DNA of 64,000 nucleotides from a virus. The stretch is taken from positions 2,497 to 66,496 of the IMG/VR virus record IMGVR_UViG_3300009514_000435, one strand, 5' to 3'. Under the pieces are notes generated by a model. The model was given only the letters and a program-made list of their open reading frames with translations, searched no databases and was not told the origin of the DNA. Both the position numbers and the translations under genes were made by a program. Below, one piece after another: positions 37,891-47,506 of the stretch; the stretch's first letter is position 1; the number at the start of each line of letters is the position of its first letter.

Positions 37891-39807
37891 TTACACAATC
37901 CTTATTTCTGGTGTTTTTATGTTATCCACATTTCCACCTTTAGTGGCGGTAGCAATCTTCTTAGCCAATACATCTGAGAATTGATTGACCATGAAATTCA
38001 TCATTATTTCCTGTCTTTGCAGTGGAGACATATCTTCTCCTAATATGATTCCACCGCCTTGTTTCACATCCTTAACTTCCTTTATCTGTGCTCCTTTTTC
38101 TTTCGCTTTAGATTTGGAAATTTCGGGAGTTTCATTATCTGAAAACAGACCTTTTATAAAGGAAACCACTTTCCCTGCTCCCGTTTTCAGAATACTTAAT
38201 ACATTACCTATACCATCAACAATCTTCATCACAAAACCTTTCAAACCGCTTATTACCTTTTTGCCTAATCCAGATATAGCATCCATAGCATTTGACAATA
38301 ATCCTTCTCCTTCTCCGTTATCTGTAGAAGAAAACATACTTTTAATCCCATCCCAAATGCTAGAAACCAGACTACCTGCCCAACCAAACACTGTTGAGTA
38401 TATTTCTCCATAAAAAGAAAGAACTTTTAAACCACCCGAAAAAAGAGTTTTAATACCACCCCATATGCTAGAAACCAAACTACTTGTCCAATTGGCGGTT
38501 GTCACTAAAATATCTTCAACGAAATCTACTGAAGAACTGAAAAAGGATTTGATACCACCCCATATACTAGAAACCAATCTGCTTGCCCATTCAGTGATAA
38601 CACCAAATGATTCCAACGGACTAGTAAAAATATTAACAATAAAATCAAAGACTCCTTTTATTCTGTGTGACCATTTTTTAGCACCACCCAATAGACCAAA
38701 AGTCAAACCATTAAATATACTACCAATGATAGCTGAAATTCTTTCAACTACGGTTACATTTTCACCTTCTTTTTTATCAAAAAAAGTACCTGCTCTGAAA
38801 AACCCCATAATACCATCAACAACAGTCATAACCGCCATTACAACTTGACCTATCCCTGGGATGAATTTTAAAGCCTTTCCAACGATACCGCCAATCTTTG
38901 TAACCACACCAAAGGCTTTTCCAAATTGTCCGAAAAAATTACCTATTAATTTCCCTATATGTAAAGCAGGTTTAAAGAATGTTTTAACCTTCTTGACTAT
39001 ACTGCCAACAAAACCGAATATAGCTCGAACCGCTTTTGCTACTATGTTAAAAACACCTTTAACAATCGTGATATATCCTTTTATTGGATTAAAAACATTT
39101 ACAATAGAACCTATGATTTTAACTATGCCTTTACCTATAGATAAAAACTTACCAAAGAACCCCATTATACCACCACCTTTCAAGGCAAGTTTAGTGCCTT
39201 TAACGAAAGAATCAACCGTACCTTTTATTCTAGCTACCCATCTTGTAAAGAAATGTGCATAAATTTCAAGAGATATTCTAAAATTTCTAAAACCTTTTGT
39301 AATTTTTCCGATAACACCACCACCCAATTTCCAGTTCCTTACCATGTTCTTAAAAAATCTAAGAAAGCTAATCTGAACACCTCTAAGCCATCTTCCAAAT
39401 TTCGTTTTCTTGAAACTGGCAAACAAACTCAAAGCCCATGTTCGGAGTGTTTTTCCTAATAGCTGAACTCCTTTGGTGAACATTTTGACACCATTTATAA
39501 GGAGCTTACCTGACCTAATTAAAAGTCCCGTAAATACTAACAATAAGAATTTAATCAAACCTGTTTTTGTAGTAGGTTTGGTGTTATTCTTAATATCTTT
39601 AAGTAATTTTTGAGTTTGTCTTTGAGTTTTAATAATGGCTCTTTCTTTGGTTCTATTAAAACTCTTTTTACCTTGCGACACCAAAGATTTCATATGCCTA
39701 CTGATACTAGTAAGCAACTGCCTTCTCTGTAATTCTGGTTTTGTTTCTTTTACCGCTTTATCTGTTGAAGTAAATAAAGATGGTAATCCTGCTTCGCCTA
39801 TTGCCAT
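37891..39807 (-). CDS. Tape measure protein
   Basis: Amphipathic G/F/W/K repeats (SSIWGGIKS), KFIPGIGQV; follows the chaperone pair. Confidence 0.75.
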   Translation of the reverse strand: MAIGEAGLPSLFTSTDKAVKETKPELQRRQLLTSISRHMKSLVSQGKKSFNRTKERAIIKTQRQTQKLLKDIKNNTKPTTKTGLIKFLLLVFTGLLIRSGKLLINGVKMFTKGVQLLGKTLRTWALSLFASFKKTKFGRWLRGVQISFLRFFKNMVRNWKLGGGVIGKITKGFRNFRISLEIYAHFFTRWVARIKGTVDSFVKGTKLALKGGGIMGFFGKFLSIGKGIVKIIGSIVNVFNPIKGYITIVKGVFNIVAKAVRAIFGFVGSIVKKVKTFFKPALHIGKLIGNFFGQFGKAFGVVTKIGGIVGKALKFIPGIGQVVMAVMTVVDGIMGFFRAGTFFDKKEGENVTVVERISAIIGSIFNGLTFGLLGGAKKWSHRIKGVFDFIVNIFTSPLESFGVITEWASRLVSSIWGGIKSFFSSSVDFVEDILVTTANWTSSLVSSIWGGIKTLFSGGLKVLSFYGEIYSTVFGWAGSLVSSIWDGIKSMFSSTDNGEGEGLLSNAMDAISGLGKKVISGLKGFVMKIVDGIGNVLSILKTGAGKVVSFIKGLFSDNETPEISKSKAKEKGAQIKEVKDVKQGGGIILGEDMSPLQRQEIMMNFMVNQFSDVLAKKIATATKGGNVDNIKTPEIRIV

Positions 39808-40061
39808 TATGTTATATCCCTAAGTTGATTAGATAAATTAGAATCGTTATCTCCTGATTCATTCAATCTTTCTTTCATTTTTTCATAGTGCCAATACACC
39901 TCACCAAAATCCATCTGATTATTGACTTGGTATCTCATATACCAAGCCATATCATTTTCCATCAACAATAAATCACTATATTCGTGCAGTGGGAAAAAAG
40001 AAATCGGGGCGAAAAGGTAGCATCGTATCAGATGCCACCCCACACTTGTTACATTTAACAT
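39807..40061 (-). CDS. gp51-like tail/baseplate assembly chaperone segment; start uncertain, possibly reached by frameshift
   Basis: Short ORF between gp26-like gene and tape measure; MDFGEVYWHYE.M.E pattern; overlaps the upstream gene end. Confidence 0.55.
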   Translation of the reverse strand: MLNVTSVGWHLIRCYLFAPISFFPLHEYSDLLLMENDMAWYMRYQVNNQMDFGEVYWHYEKMKERLNESGDNDSNLSNQLRDIT

Positions 40062-40845
40062 TGATAGTTGGCTCTAACCCTACACTTATGCTTTCCACAT
40101 AAGACTCCAAATGAGCATAGTCGGGTACAGACATCTCTGTTGTTAAATATTGATACTTGCCAATGGTTCCCATTTTCTCACCATTAATCGTTTTAATCAT
40201 TCTACATATATTTATGATATCATCATCAAAAGACATCATGGAAGTTTTATTCTTCCTTAAAAAATCCTCAGTGGCCATTTCATCTTCAACTGTGAGATAT
40301 TTAAACATAAAAGAATGTTTCCCACTTGGAGAAGTATATGAAGTTTTTATTTTTTCAACATCTAATTCTTCCAATTCTTTGATTTTTAATTTATTCAACT
40401 CAAAAGTAAATTCTGAAAGTTCATTACATTTTCCACATTCAAACTTTACATCATAACCCGATTCTGGGTAGGTTTTGGCTCTTAACCAGAACATGATGAA
40501 CATCTTATCAGAAGCATAAATGTCTTTAATATCGATCCCAACAATAGCTTTGCTTAATATGTCGTTGATAATATCATTGGCCGTTTCTTCATTCATGTTG
40601 GCCAACATTTTAACCTCACCCACCTTCATAGGTCTACCTTTAATTACGGTTCCTTCAGGGTATAATAACATACTTGTAGGGAAACCTGTAATTTTTTCAT
40701 AACCCATTTCATCTGGAACTTGGGCTTGTTGTGGTGTGGGACTAGGATTCTGCGGTTCGGCCTTTTTAACTGGTGCTTTCTTCTTTACGGTATCTTTCGC
40801 AACTGGATTTTCAGGTGCGTTTGGATCGTATTCTTGCATTTTCAT
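39976..40845 (-). CDS. Baseplate hub assembly chaperone gp26-like
   Basis: RPMKVGEVKML, D..FIMFWLRA, two CxxC pairs, ends RPDFFFP. Confidence 0.8.
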   Translation of the reverse strand: MKMQEYDPNAPENPVAKDTVKKKAPVKKAEPQNPSPTPQQAQVPDEMGYEKITGFPTSMLLYPEGTVIKGRPMKVGEVKMLANMNEETANDIINDILSKAIVGIDIKDIYASDKMFIMFWLRAKTYPESGYDVKFECGKCNELSEFTFELNKLKIKELEELDVEKIKTSYTSPSGKHSFMFKYLTVEDEMATEDFLRKNKTSMMSFDDDIINICRMIKTINGEKMGTIGKYQYLTTEMSVPDYAHLESYVESISVGLEPTINVKCNKCGVASDTMLPFRPDFFFPTARI

Positions 40846-40879
40846 TGATTATACTCCTTTTCAATTTCAATATTTTAAT

Positions 40880-40887
40880 TATTTATA
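40880..40887 (-). promoter_or_regulatory. T4-type late promoter TATAAATA
   Basis: Exact motif, intergenic. Confidence 0.75.
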
Positions 40888-40893
40888 TTCCTG

Positions 40894-41517
40894 TTATACT
40901 CCTTTTCTATTCACAACCGATTGGTTTATGTAAAAATCATTATGGTCACTTCCGAATGTAATTGAGAATTTTTGCCCTGCGGGTTGAGAATAATCGAAAG
41001 TTAGAGGGGTTGACCTTAAAAAATACGAATCAGGAAAATGATATCTGTAAATTACATCATTTTTCTCATTATATGATTCGATAATAATAGTTCCAATATT
41101 TGAAAACTGTTTAGGGTAATATAAACCGTTCCCATCAACGATTCTAGTTTGACACCAACGAACAAATCTAGACATAGTACCATAGGCATCATCTTCAAAA
41201 AGAATCGAAAATTCAAAGCCTTCGTGTTTTAGAACAGGGAATGATTGTTTAAAAATACCTTGCGAAATGGTTTCTTTTTCAAAAGCCCAATTCGGAAGAG
41301 TTACATTGACCACCAAGAATTGGTCAATCTCAGGCATTCTCCCTGCTCTTGCTTTCATATCCCTTAAAATTTCTTGTTGAGTGCTGGTTTTAGCATATTT
41401 ATTGGCAACTGATACGTTTTCTTCAATTGTAACAGTAAACTTATCTATTCTCTGAATAGATTTCTTTCTAAAGTTCTTTTCAAATATTTGTCTATCCAAT
41501 GGCATAAAAACCTCCAA
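40894..41517 (-). CDS. Tail tube-like protein (gp54-like initiator)
   Basis: NVTLP, FED, Y.F...Y, LTFDYS...KFSITF tube-fold pattern. Confidence 0.6.
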   Translation of the reverse strand: MEVFMPLDRQIFEKNFRKKSIQRIDKFTVTIEENVSVANKYAKTSTQQEILRDMKARAGRMPEIDQFLVVNVTLPNWAFEKETISQGIFKQSFPVLKHEGFEFSILFEDDAYGTMSRFVRWCQTRIVDGNGLYYPKQFSNIGTIIIESYNEKNDVIYRYHFPDSYFLRSTPLTFDYSQPAGQKFSITFGSDHNDFYINQSVVNRKGV

Positions 41518-41525
41518 TTCAAAAG

Positions 41526-41533
41526 TATTTATA
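41526..41533 (-). promoter_or_regulatory. T4-type late promoter TATAAATA
   Basis: Exact motif directly after the terminator. Confidence 0.7.
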
Positions 41534-41566
41534 AAAAAAAAGGAAAGGGTAATATACCCCTTCCTT
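41533..41566 (-). terminator. Rho-independent terminator after the tail tube gene
   Basis: AAGGAAGGGGTA-TAT-TACCCTTTCCTT hairpin followed by a long U run. Confidence 0.8.
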
Positions 41567-41588
41567 CCTTAACTATTGTTTAGTTTTA

Positions 41589-42119
41589 TTATCTTTGTAA
41601 CCAATAATCAAACTGGAAAGTCACATCATATTTCACACTGTCATTTGCAGTATAATCTAATGTCGCATCCCCCACCGAAGTAGGCCATGCTTGGTAAAAA
41701 ACCACATCTTTCTCAAATTTTGTCTGATCACTTTTATACATTTTAAGAACAATATTCTTAATGTAGTCCTGTTTAGTAGGCACTTTTTGACCACCCGCAG
41801 TTGGTGAAGCAGGATCGTAATCGTGAATAAGTTGCATCCATGAATGTAATGCGGTATGCACTTTCTGATCTTCAAATTCTTCCAACTGAACGGCAAATGT
41901 TCCAGTATATTCTGTTCTTCCTGCAAAAAATTGTTTTGTTCCCATGAAAAAAGATTCTATAGGTGTAATTGTTCTACCAGGGATAACAACATTTCTGGCT
42001 CTTACTATCATGTCATCTTCATCTAAATCTTCGATAGAAGGGATGATAAGTTCCCACATATATTGCTTTTGGATGTCAGGAAGATTCTTTAGTCTACCCG
42101 CTACTGTAAAATTAGCCAT
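41589..42119 (-). CDS. Tail tube protein gp19-like
   Basis: IPGRTI..IE..FMG....AGR, W.Q.I, AWPTSVGD..LDY, VTFQFDYW. Confidence 0.9.
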   Translation of the reverse strand: MANFTVAGRLKNLPDIQKQYMWELIIPSIEDLDEDDMIVRARNVVIPGRTITPIESFFMGTKQFFAGRTEYTGTFAVQLEEFEDQKVHTALHSWMQLIHDYDPASPTAGGQKVPTKQDYIKNIVLKMYKSDQTKFEKDVVFYQAWPTSVGDATLDYTANDSVKYDVTFQFDYWLQR

Positions 42120-42146
42120 GTTTTTTCTCCTTTAAGGTCTTTCTTT

Positions 42147-42154
42147 TATTTATA
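42147..42154 (-). promoter_or_regulatory. T4-type late promoter TATAAATA
   Basis: Exact motif upstream of the tube gene. Confidence 0.75.
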
Positions 42155-42173
42155 CTTTTAAAGCGTTTTTCTA

Positions 42174-42845
42174 TTACTTTACAAGTTTCCATGTGAACTC
42201 AACGATCTTGTCAATAGGCATTGATAAGAATCGTTTCCTCTGATCTAATGACAAAGCACCATGAACAGTTAAAATGGCATTGGCCGTAGTCATATCAACT
42301 ATTCTGCCACCTATTTTATCATACTGCTTATTCTTTATTATCTCTTTCAATTTCTTTAAAACATCAAGCCCTTCATTGATGTATTCTTCATTTTCTTCTA
42401 ATTTTTTAATTTCATTGACAGAATATCCGACAGATTTCAAAAATTTTCTAGCTTCATCTTTAGACATACCACCCGCAACATTAACACCCGCATCAGACAT
42501 TTTTAAAGTAGATTTAGCTATCTTTAATTGGTGTTTTTGCGGAACCGTTAATGTTTTCTTAGCTTCATTTAAATACTCCAAATCTTCATACCCCTCTTTA
42601 ATGTTTTCTTGGAATCCTTTTGTTTTCCAAGCCACATCTGTCAATCTTCCGAAAGGCATACTGGCCATTATTTTCTTTTTTTCTTTTGGAAGCATATCAT
42701 ACGCATCCATAATTGCTCTTGCGGTTTTAACATCCATGTCATAATCGCCAACCTTTTGCATATCTGCATCAGATTTCATTTCAGCAATCTTCCTGATATC
42801 TCTAATCAAGGAACCTTCTTCTATATAGTAGTTTGAAAATCTCAT
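42174..42845 (-). CDS. Putative internal head (poly)protein with duplicated domain
   Basis: MRFSNYYIEE start; two copies of D..TA.AI.......L....K...SMP...L....WK; [I/L]xE-rich linkers. Confidence 0.55.
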   Translation of the reverse strand: MRFSNYYIEEGSLIRDIRKIAEMKSDADMQKVGDYDMDVKTARAIMDAYDMLPKEKKKIMASMPFGRLTDVAWKTKGFQENIKEGYEDLEYLNEAKKTLTVPQKHQLKIAKSTLKMSDAGVNVAGGMSKDEARKFLKSVGYSVNEIKKLEENEEYINEGLDVLKKLKEIIKNKQYDKIGGRIVDMTTANAILTVHGALSLDQRKRFLSMPIDKIVEFTWKLVK

Positions 42846-42855
42846 AAAATACCCT

Positions 42856-43183
42856 CTATATGTATTTATAATTCATAAACCTATTTGATGAAGATTTTAA
42901 TCTATAATTAATAGTTTGATGTTTAATACCTGTTCGTGTTTCTGCTTCATAAGTATTTTTATAAAAAACTTCACCTATTTTAAAAGGTTTTTTACTTAAT
43001 GTTTTAGAAATATCAAAGAAATTTCAAGGAAAAAACAATCCTTTTTATATTTTCTTTACCATATTTCTTAACAGCCTGTTTAATTAATTTTCCAGATCCT
43101 AAATACCCATCATTAGCACTAGTATTGTGTTTACCAACATATATTTTATTGTTAATTAAATTTGTAGTTTTATAAATTATCAT
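42856..43183 (-). pseudogene. Degenerate GIY-YIG (Seg-like) homing endonuclease
   Basis: MIIYKTTNLINNKIYVGKH..DGYLGSG..IK.AVKKYGKEN then stop at 43013; C-terminal HTH (KPFKIGEVFYKNTYEAE..TGI..QTINYRLKS) in another frame. Confidence 0.85.
42863..42870 (-). promoter_or_regulatory. T4-type late promoter TATAAATA
   Basis: Exact motif upstream of the 42845 start. Confidence 0.7.
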
Positions 43184-43192
43184 AATAACGAT

Positions 43193-43220
43193 ATAAGGGA
43201 TAACCGAAGTTATCCCTTAT
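43193..43220 (-). terminator. Perfect 12-bp hairpin with C(UUCG)G tetraloop after the sheath gene
   Basis: ATAAGGGATAAC-TTCG-GTTATCCCTTAT; weak U-tail, so it may be a stabilising or translational hairpin instead. Confidence 0.65.
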
Positions 43221-43231
43221 TCTCAGTTTTA

Positions 43232-45022
43232 TTAAGCTGAAATTTCAGCGAGATTGACACCACTTCTGGTGATGATCATCTGCAATCTGATGAACTCAAT
43301 AGCTCTAACTGGTGTAACATAGACATCCACATTCAGAAGATTGTTGTCTTTATCTTGCGGAGAGTTGTTGGTATCATCTACTTTTACCAAGTAGTTTTCC
43401 ATTCCTCCACCTGCTCTTACCGTACTCAAGAAGTTATCAATTACTGTGAAAACTCTTAATCTTACAGATTCGTTATTAGGTTCAAAGATGAAAGGCATTA
43501 AATCTGGTTCGATAGAATTTTCTACGAATAAAAGCATTCTTCTTACCGCAATTTCTGAAAGTGCAGATTTCTTTCTTTGGGCAGTTTTTTGACCCCAAAC
43601 AGTACTTCCTTGTCCTTTAATGAACATAATAGGGTTAATGTTATTAGCATACAGATTTCCAAGATTTGCTTTATTATAGATAACATTTTGACCTAATACT
43701 GGTAAAACACCTCTATTAATACCCGCAGGGGCAAACCATGTTTCCGCAATTCTATCAGTTCTTGCCATAATAACCCCACCGTAGATTGAGTTAGGAATGA
43801 ATACTTTTTTATCGTTGAATGAATCAAAAATCAAAGACCATCCAGTATATTTTGCCATATAGGATGGAGCAGGAAATGATTGTGCATTCGCCAAATCAAT
43901 GATAGTTTGAGCATCCAAATCGGTATTATATCCAACTTGAGTTGTTCCGATAGAATCTCTTCTATTATTTACAACACCTGCGATGGCATTCGCTACAGTG
44001 TTAGAGTTAGAAGTATCTGCCCAAGTATTGATTAAAATATTGAACTCAACTTTTTCTCTATCATTGTAGAAGTTTTCTAATCCGTTCACTACTCTACCTG
44101 CAAGTACATCAGAAGAAGAATCAACTCCACTTACTAATGGTGTAACAGATACAGTTGGTGTAGCCACAGTTGCCAAATTTCCTGTTTCTTCTGGTCTTTG
44201 ACCTGCTGTCATAAGGTTATTCACATAAATGTATTGTGATCTTCCGTTAATAACTTCTTCGATATTTAACTGAGAACCATTAGGAGCCAGTAAATCACCC
44301 GCAGTTCCAAGGAAAGTTTCTTCAGCTTCCGCAGGGAAAGAGTCATTTGTAGATTCTCTAACATATACATCTACTCTGAAAACTTTTTTCCATTTAGCAT
44401 CAGAAGCACTTGATGGTGTTCCATCTGCTTCAGTGTCATCGTAATCCCAAGCCCACTCAACAGAGTTAGCACTTGATTCTGTACTATAACTTGCACAAGT
44501 TGTTATAACAACACCCACATTATTTCCATATGTGCCAGGTCCGATTGAAGCCACCAATAATGAAGCATTTGAACCATCCGCAGATGTTCCTGTAAACGTA
44601 TCAATATCATTGTTAATTGTATTTGTATTGGCATCTATTGATGAATAAGCAGATGTACTATCCGCTAGAATAGTTACTGAACCTACTGCACTTGTGGCAC
44701 TTGTTCCACCTTCTTGTGGAGAAAAAAGGTTCGCATATTGTTCATCACCATTCGTTACTCTTGTATAATAAAGAGATTCTGATTCTTGAAGAAATTCCAA
44801 TGCACCATATATCCCATAATCCGCAGTTGAAGCAGAAGGAACGGAAGGTGTACCGAACTTTTCAATGAATTTTTTATCTGTAGTTATCAGTTCTCTTGAG
44901 TTTACTCTGCCTTGACTTGCACCACCAATGATTACCCCTGTTGATGTTCCCGCAGGAGAAATTACCTCTGAAATATCTTTTTCAGACCTTTGGATTCCTG
45001 GTGTTCTAAAACTTACGGCCAT
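43232..45022 (-). CDS. Tail sheath protein gp18-like
   Basis: TPGI...EKDIS, FGTP, PGTYGN, WFAPAGINRG, LY.NNINPI, WGQKT, VRR, FEPN, P.RAIEFI. Confidence 0.95.
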   Translation of the reverse strand: MAVSFRTPGIQRSEKDISEVISPAGTSTGVIIGGASQGRVNSRELITTDKKFIEKFGTPSVPSASTADYGIYGALEFLQESESLYYTRVTNGDEQYANLFSPQEGGTSATSAVGSVTILADSTSAYSSIDANTNTINNDIDTFTGTSADGSNASLLVASIGPGTYGNNVGVVITTCASYSTESSANSVEWAWDYDDTEADGTPSSASDAKWKKVFRVDVYVRESTNDSFPAEAEETFLGTAGDLLAPNGSQLNIEEVINGRSQYIYVNNLMTAGQRPEETGNLATVATPTVSVTPLVSGVDSSSDVLAGRVVNGLENFYNDREKVEFNILINTWADTSNSNTVANAIAGVVNNRRDSIGTTQVGYNTDLDAQTIIDLANAQSFPAPSYMAKYTGWSLIFDSFNDKKVFIPNSIYGGVIMARTDRIAETWFAPAGINRGVLPVLGQNVIYNKANLGNLYANNINPIMFIKGQGSTVWGQKTAQRKKSALSEIAVRRMLLFVENSIEPDLMPFIFEPNNESVRLRVFTVIDNFLSTVRAGGGMENYLVKVDDTNNSPQDKDNNLLNVDVYVTPVRAIEFIRLQMIITRSGVNLAEISA

Positions 45023-45103
45023 AATTTTATACTCCTATGTATAACTTTTTTGTAAATAAACAACATTCACTCACATTATTATCAAATTTTTCTTATATAT
45101 TAG

Positions 45104-45111
45104 TATTTATA
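45104..45111 (-). promoter_or_regulatory. T4-type late promoter TATAAATA
   Basis: Exact motif upstream of the sheath gene. Confidence 0.75.
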
Positions 45112-45137
45112 AAATCAATGAATTATTAATTATCGAC

Positions 45138-45848
45138 TTACATTGAATAAATTCGGCCTAAACAGTGTAAAGTTTCTTCTTGAAAATGTTCCTCTGGGTA
45201 TTGATAAGTTGGAAAGGTTTCTAGGTTAAGTCTGCGAAAAATCGTTTTCTCTGAAATACCCAAAATCTTACTTGCCGATACTTGGGAAGCATATTTAACA
45301 CCATCTATAAAAATACTTTTATGAGTTTTAGTTGTCTTTAATACCGATTTGGTAATAGGTTCCCCTGTATTTTTATCGACATACATCCAATCTTTGAATT
45401 TTTCAGACATAGAAATAACTCTACTATGAATAGTATTTCCTGAAATATTCAAAATTCGAGTAGCTTCCGCTTGGCTGAAATAGATATCCCCATTGATAAT
45501 AATAGGTCGGTTATTCGGATTCTTATCGCTTTTCATAAAATCAGAAAATTTCTTCCTTTGTCTTTCAAATTCTCTAGCAGAAAATTTCAAGCATTCTTGC
45601 CTATATCCCATTACCATAATTCTATGGGCCAACTCGATATATCTGTTTTCGGGGTATATTTTGTGTAACAAGTGATGAGCCAAATAATGCTCTTTGGCTG
45701 TTAAATAAACCATATTTTCGGGTTCATTAGAACCGCCTATGCTTCTTGGAATTATGTGATGATTCTCTTTGTAGCCTTTTAATTTTCGATTTAAGCCACT
45801 ATCAATGAGCAATTGGTATTGTTTTCTGTAATCCATAAAAACCCCCAT
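45138..45848 (-). CDS. Free-standing HNH homing endonuclease with two C-terminal HTH (NUMOD1-like) repeats
   Basis: ENHHIIPRSIGGSN..EN.V.LTAKEH..AH.LL; I.G..Y.SQ..A..IL.IS..TI..R present twice. Confidence 0.88.
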   Translation of the reverse strand: MGVFMDYRKQYQLLIDSGLNRKLKGYKENHHIIPRSIGGSNEPENMVYLTAKEHYLAHHLLHKIYPENRYIELAHRIMVMGYRQECLKFSAREFERQRKKFSDFMKSDKNPNNRPIIINGDIYFSQAEATRILNISGNTIHSRVISMSEKFKDWMYVDKNTGEPITKSVLKTTKTHKSIFIDGVKYASQVSASKILGISEKTIFRRLNLETFPTYQYPEEHFQEETLHCLGRIYSM

Positions 45849-45862
45849 TCAACTTATGGAAA

Positions 45863-45870
45863 TATTTATA
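45863..45870 (-). promoter_or_regulatory. T4-type late promoter TATAAATA
   Basis: Exact motif upstream of the HNH gene. Confidence 0.7.
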
Positions 45871-45871
45871 T

Positions 45872-47500
45872 CTACAGGTAAGGATTATTATTTCGCTCCA
45901 ATCCTTCATCATAACCCCAACCATCTTCTAACTCGACTTCATCAATACCATTTCCATCATTATCAAAGAATATGGGTTTATCATCATTTTGTTCCTCAAT
46001 AGACAACCGAAATTTGGGATCAATAACCTTAACATTACCATTTCTACCATCAAAAAAGATGGTAGTTAAGAAATACACTCCCCACAGAAGAGAGGTCACA
46101 CAATCATCATTTGACCCTCTAGGAGCCTTAAAAACGTCTGGTCTAACTTCTTCATATCTGGAAAGTTCATATAATGTGTTCCTTTCACAGATTTCTAGCC
46201 ACCCGTTGTCCATATACCGTTTTAATAACACATTTGCTGATAATTTGGAAGCTCTGGTAGAACGGATTCCAATACCTTTTTTGTCACAATTCAGAATTTT
46301 ATCGTATTCGTACTGATACCAGATCAATTTAGCCACTTCACCGCCTACATCATTGTTTTCCACCATCATATATGCTCCATTATAGAACTCTGAGACAGAA
46401 ATACAGATTTCGGCAAAGTCTTGAGTTTCCACTGTATTGAAGCGATACATAGCCACCTGCTTTATTTCATGCTCATGGACTATTTTAAGCACCTGTATAA
46501 CACTATAATCCTTTCCTGTACCCTTCGCACTGTCAATTCCTAAAATGTACTGTTGGCCCTCTATAGGCCTTTCAAAGATATGTAAATTAAACCCCATTTT
46601 CTGCTCGATTGGGTCAAGTGGTTTTATCCTTTCTAGAATCTCAGGGTCAATTAGGGTATTCGATGAACCAAGGAACTTACAGTCATATTCTTGAGCAAAA
46701 TGCTGAATTCCTTTATCTCTGATAATACCTTCTTTCCATTTCTTATTCCTTCCTTCAACTTCATCCCAGTTAATCTTAATAGGCAAGAAATTTGAAGTCT
46801 TATCAGGATCTAGCTCGATAGCTCCCCTCCAAATATGGTAAAAATGGTTCATCCCTTTTGGAGTCGATACTATTACCATTTTAGCGTTTTTAGAAGACGA
46901 AATAGTAGGGTAAACAGAGTCCATAAATTCGTCTGCTATGTTATCAGGAACGTGAGCAAATTCATCCATGTAAAGCAAGGCAACGGATTCGCCTCTAAAG
47001 GCAGTAGAAGCAGTAGAACCTGCCATGATAATGTTTCCATTTTCAAAGCCGATTGTGTTTTTATTCCATCCACCATTCTCTTCACTAATACCCTGTTGCA
47101 TCCACAAGGGGATTTGTTTGATGGCTAGTTTAATTCTTCTTAAAATCTCTTTGGCTGTCTTTTCATTATTCGCCAATACTGCAACCTTTTTATCTTCTTG
47201 AAATAGAACATAATGAGTCAAGTAAATAGTAGATACTGTGGTTTTTCCAATCTGTCTTGAGGACAACATTGCGATATGTTGTTTGTTTTCATCTGGCGGG
47301 TCAACAAATGCTTTTAAAATTCTTCTTTGGTATTCTCTCAACTTAATTGTATGTTTACCATCATCAATACTTACAATCGTAAAATACTTTTCGGCAAAAT
47401 AGAGAATATCTTCTTTACAACGAATGTACTCTTCCATTCGTTTTGCAGTCATGTTGATCTTTTCGCCAAGACCTCTTAAAGATGGATCTTTTAAATACAT
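45872..47500 (-). CDS. Terminase large subunit gp17-like
   Basis: SRQIGKTT Walker A, YMDEFAHV Walker B, VSTPKGMNHFY, QEY.C.FLGS, D.AKG.GKDYS, DDCV. Confidence 0.96.
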   Translation of the reverse strand: MYLKDPSLRGLGEKINMTAKRMEEYIRCKEDILYFAEKYFTIVSIDDGKHTIKLREYQRRILKAFVDPPDENKQHIAMLSSRQIGKTTVSTIYLTHYVLFQEDKKVAVLANNEKTAKEILRRIKLAIKQIPLWMQQGISEENGGWNKNTIGFENGNIIMAGSTASTAFRGESVALLYMDEFAHVPDNIADEFMDSVYPTISSSKNAKMVIVSTPKGMNHFYHIWRGAIELDPDKTSNFLPIKINWDEVEGRNKKWKEGIIRDKGIQHFAQEYDCKFLGSSNTLIDPEILERIKPLDPIEQKMGFNLHIFERPIEGQQYILGIDSAKGTGKDYSVIQVLKIVHEHEIKQVAMYRFNTVETQDFAEICISVSEFYNGAYMMVENNDVGGEVAKLIWYQYEYDKILNCDKKGIGIRSTRASKLSANVLLKRYMDNGWLEICERNTLYELSRYEEVRPDVFKAPRGSNDDCVTSLLWGVYFLTTIFFDGRNGNVKVIDPKFRLSIEEQNDDKPIFFDNDGNGIDEVELEDGWGYDEGLERNNNPYL

Positions 47501-47506
47501 ATTTTT

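Noticed and set aside
45872-47500. Intein or intron in the terminase
   Set aside because: Continuous 542-aa ORF with normally spaced ATPase and nuclease motifs
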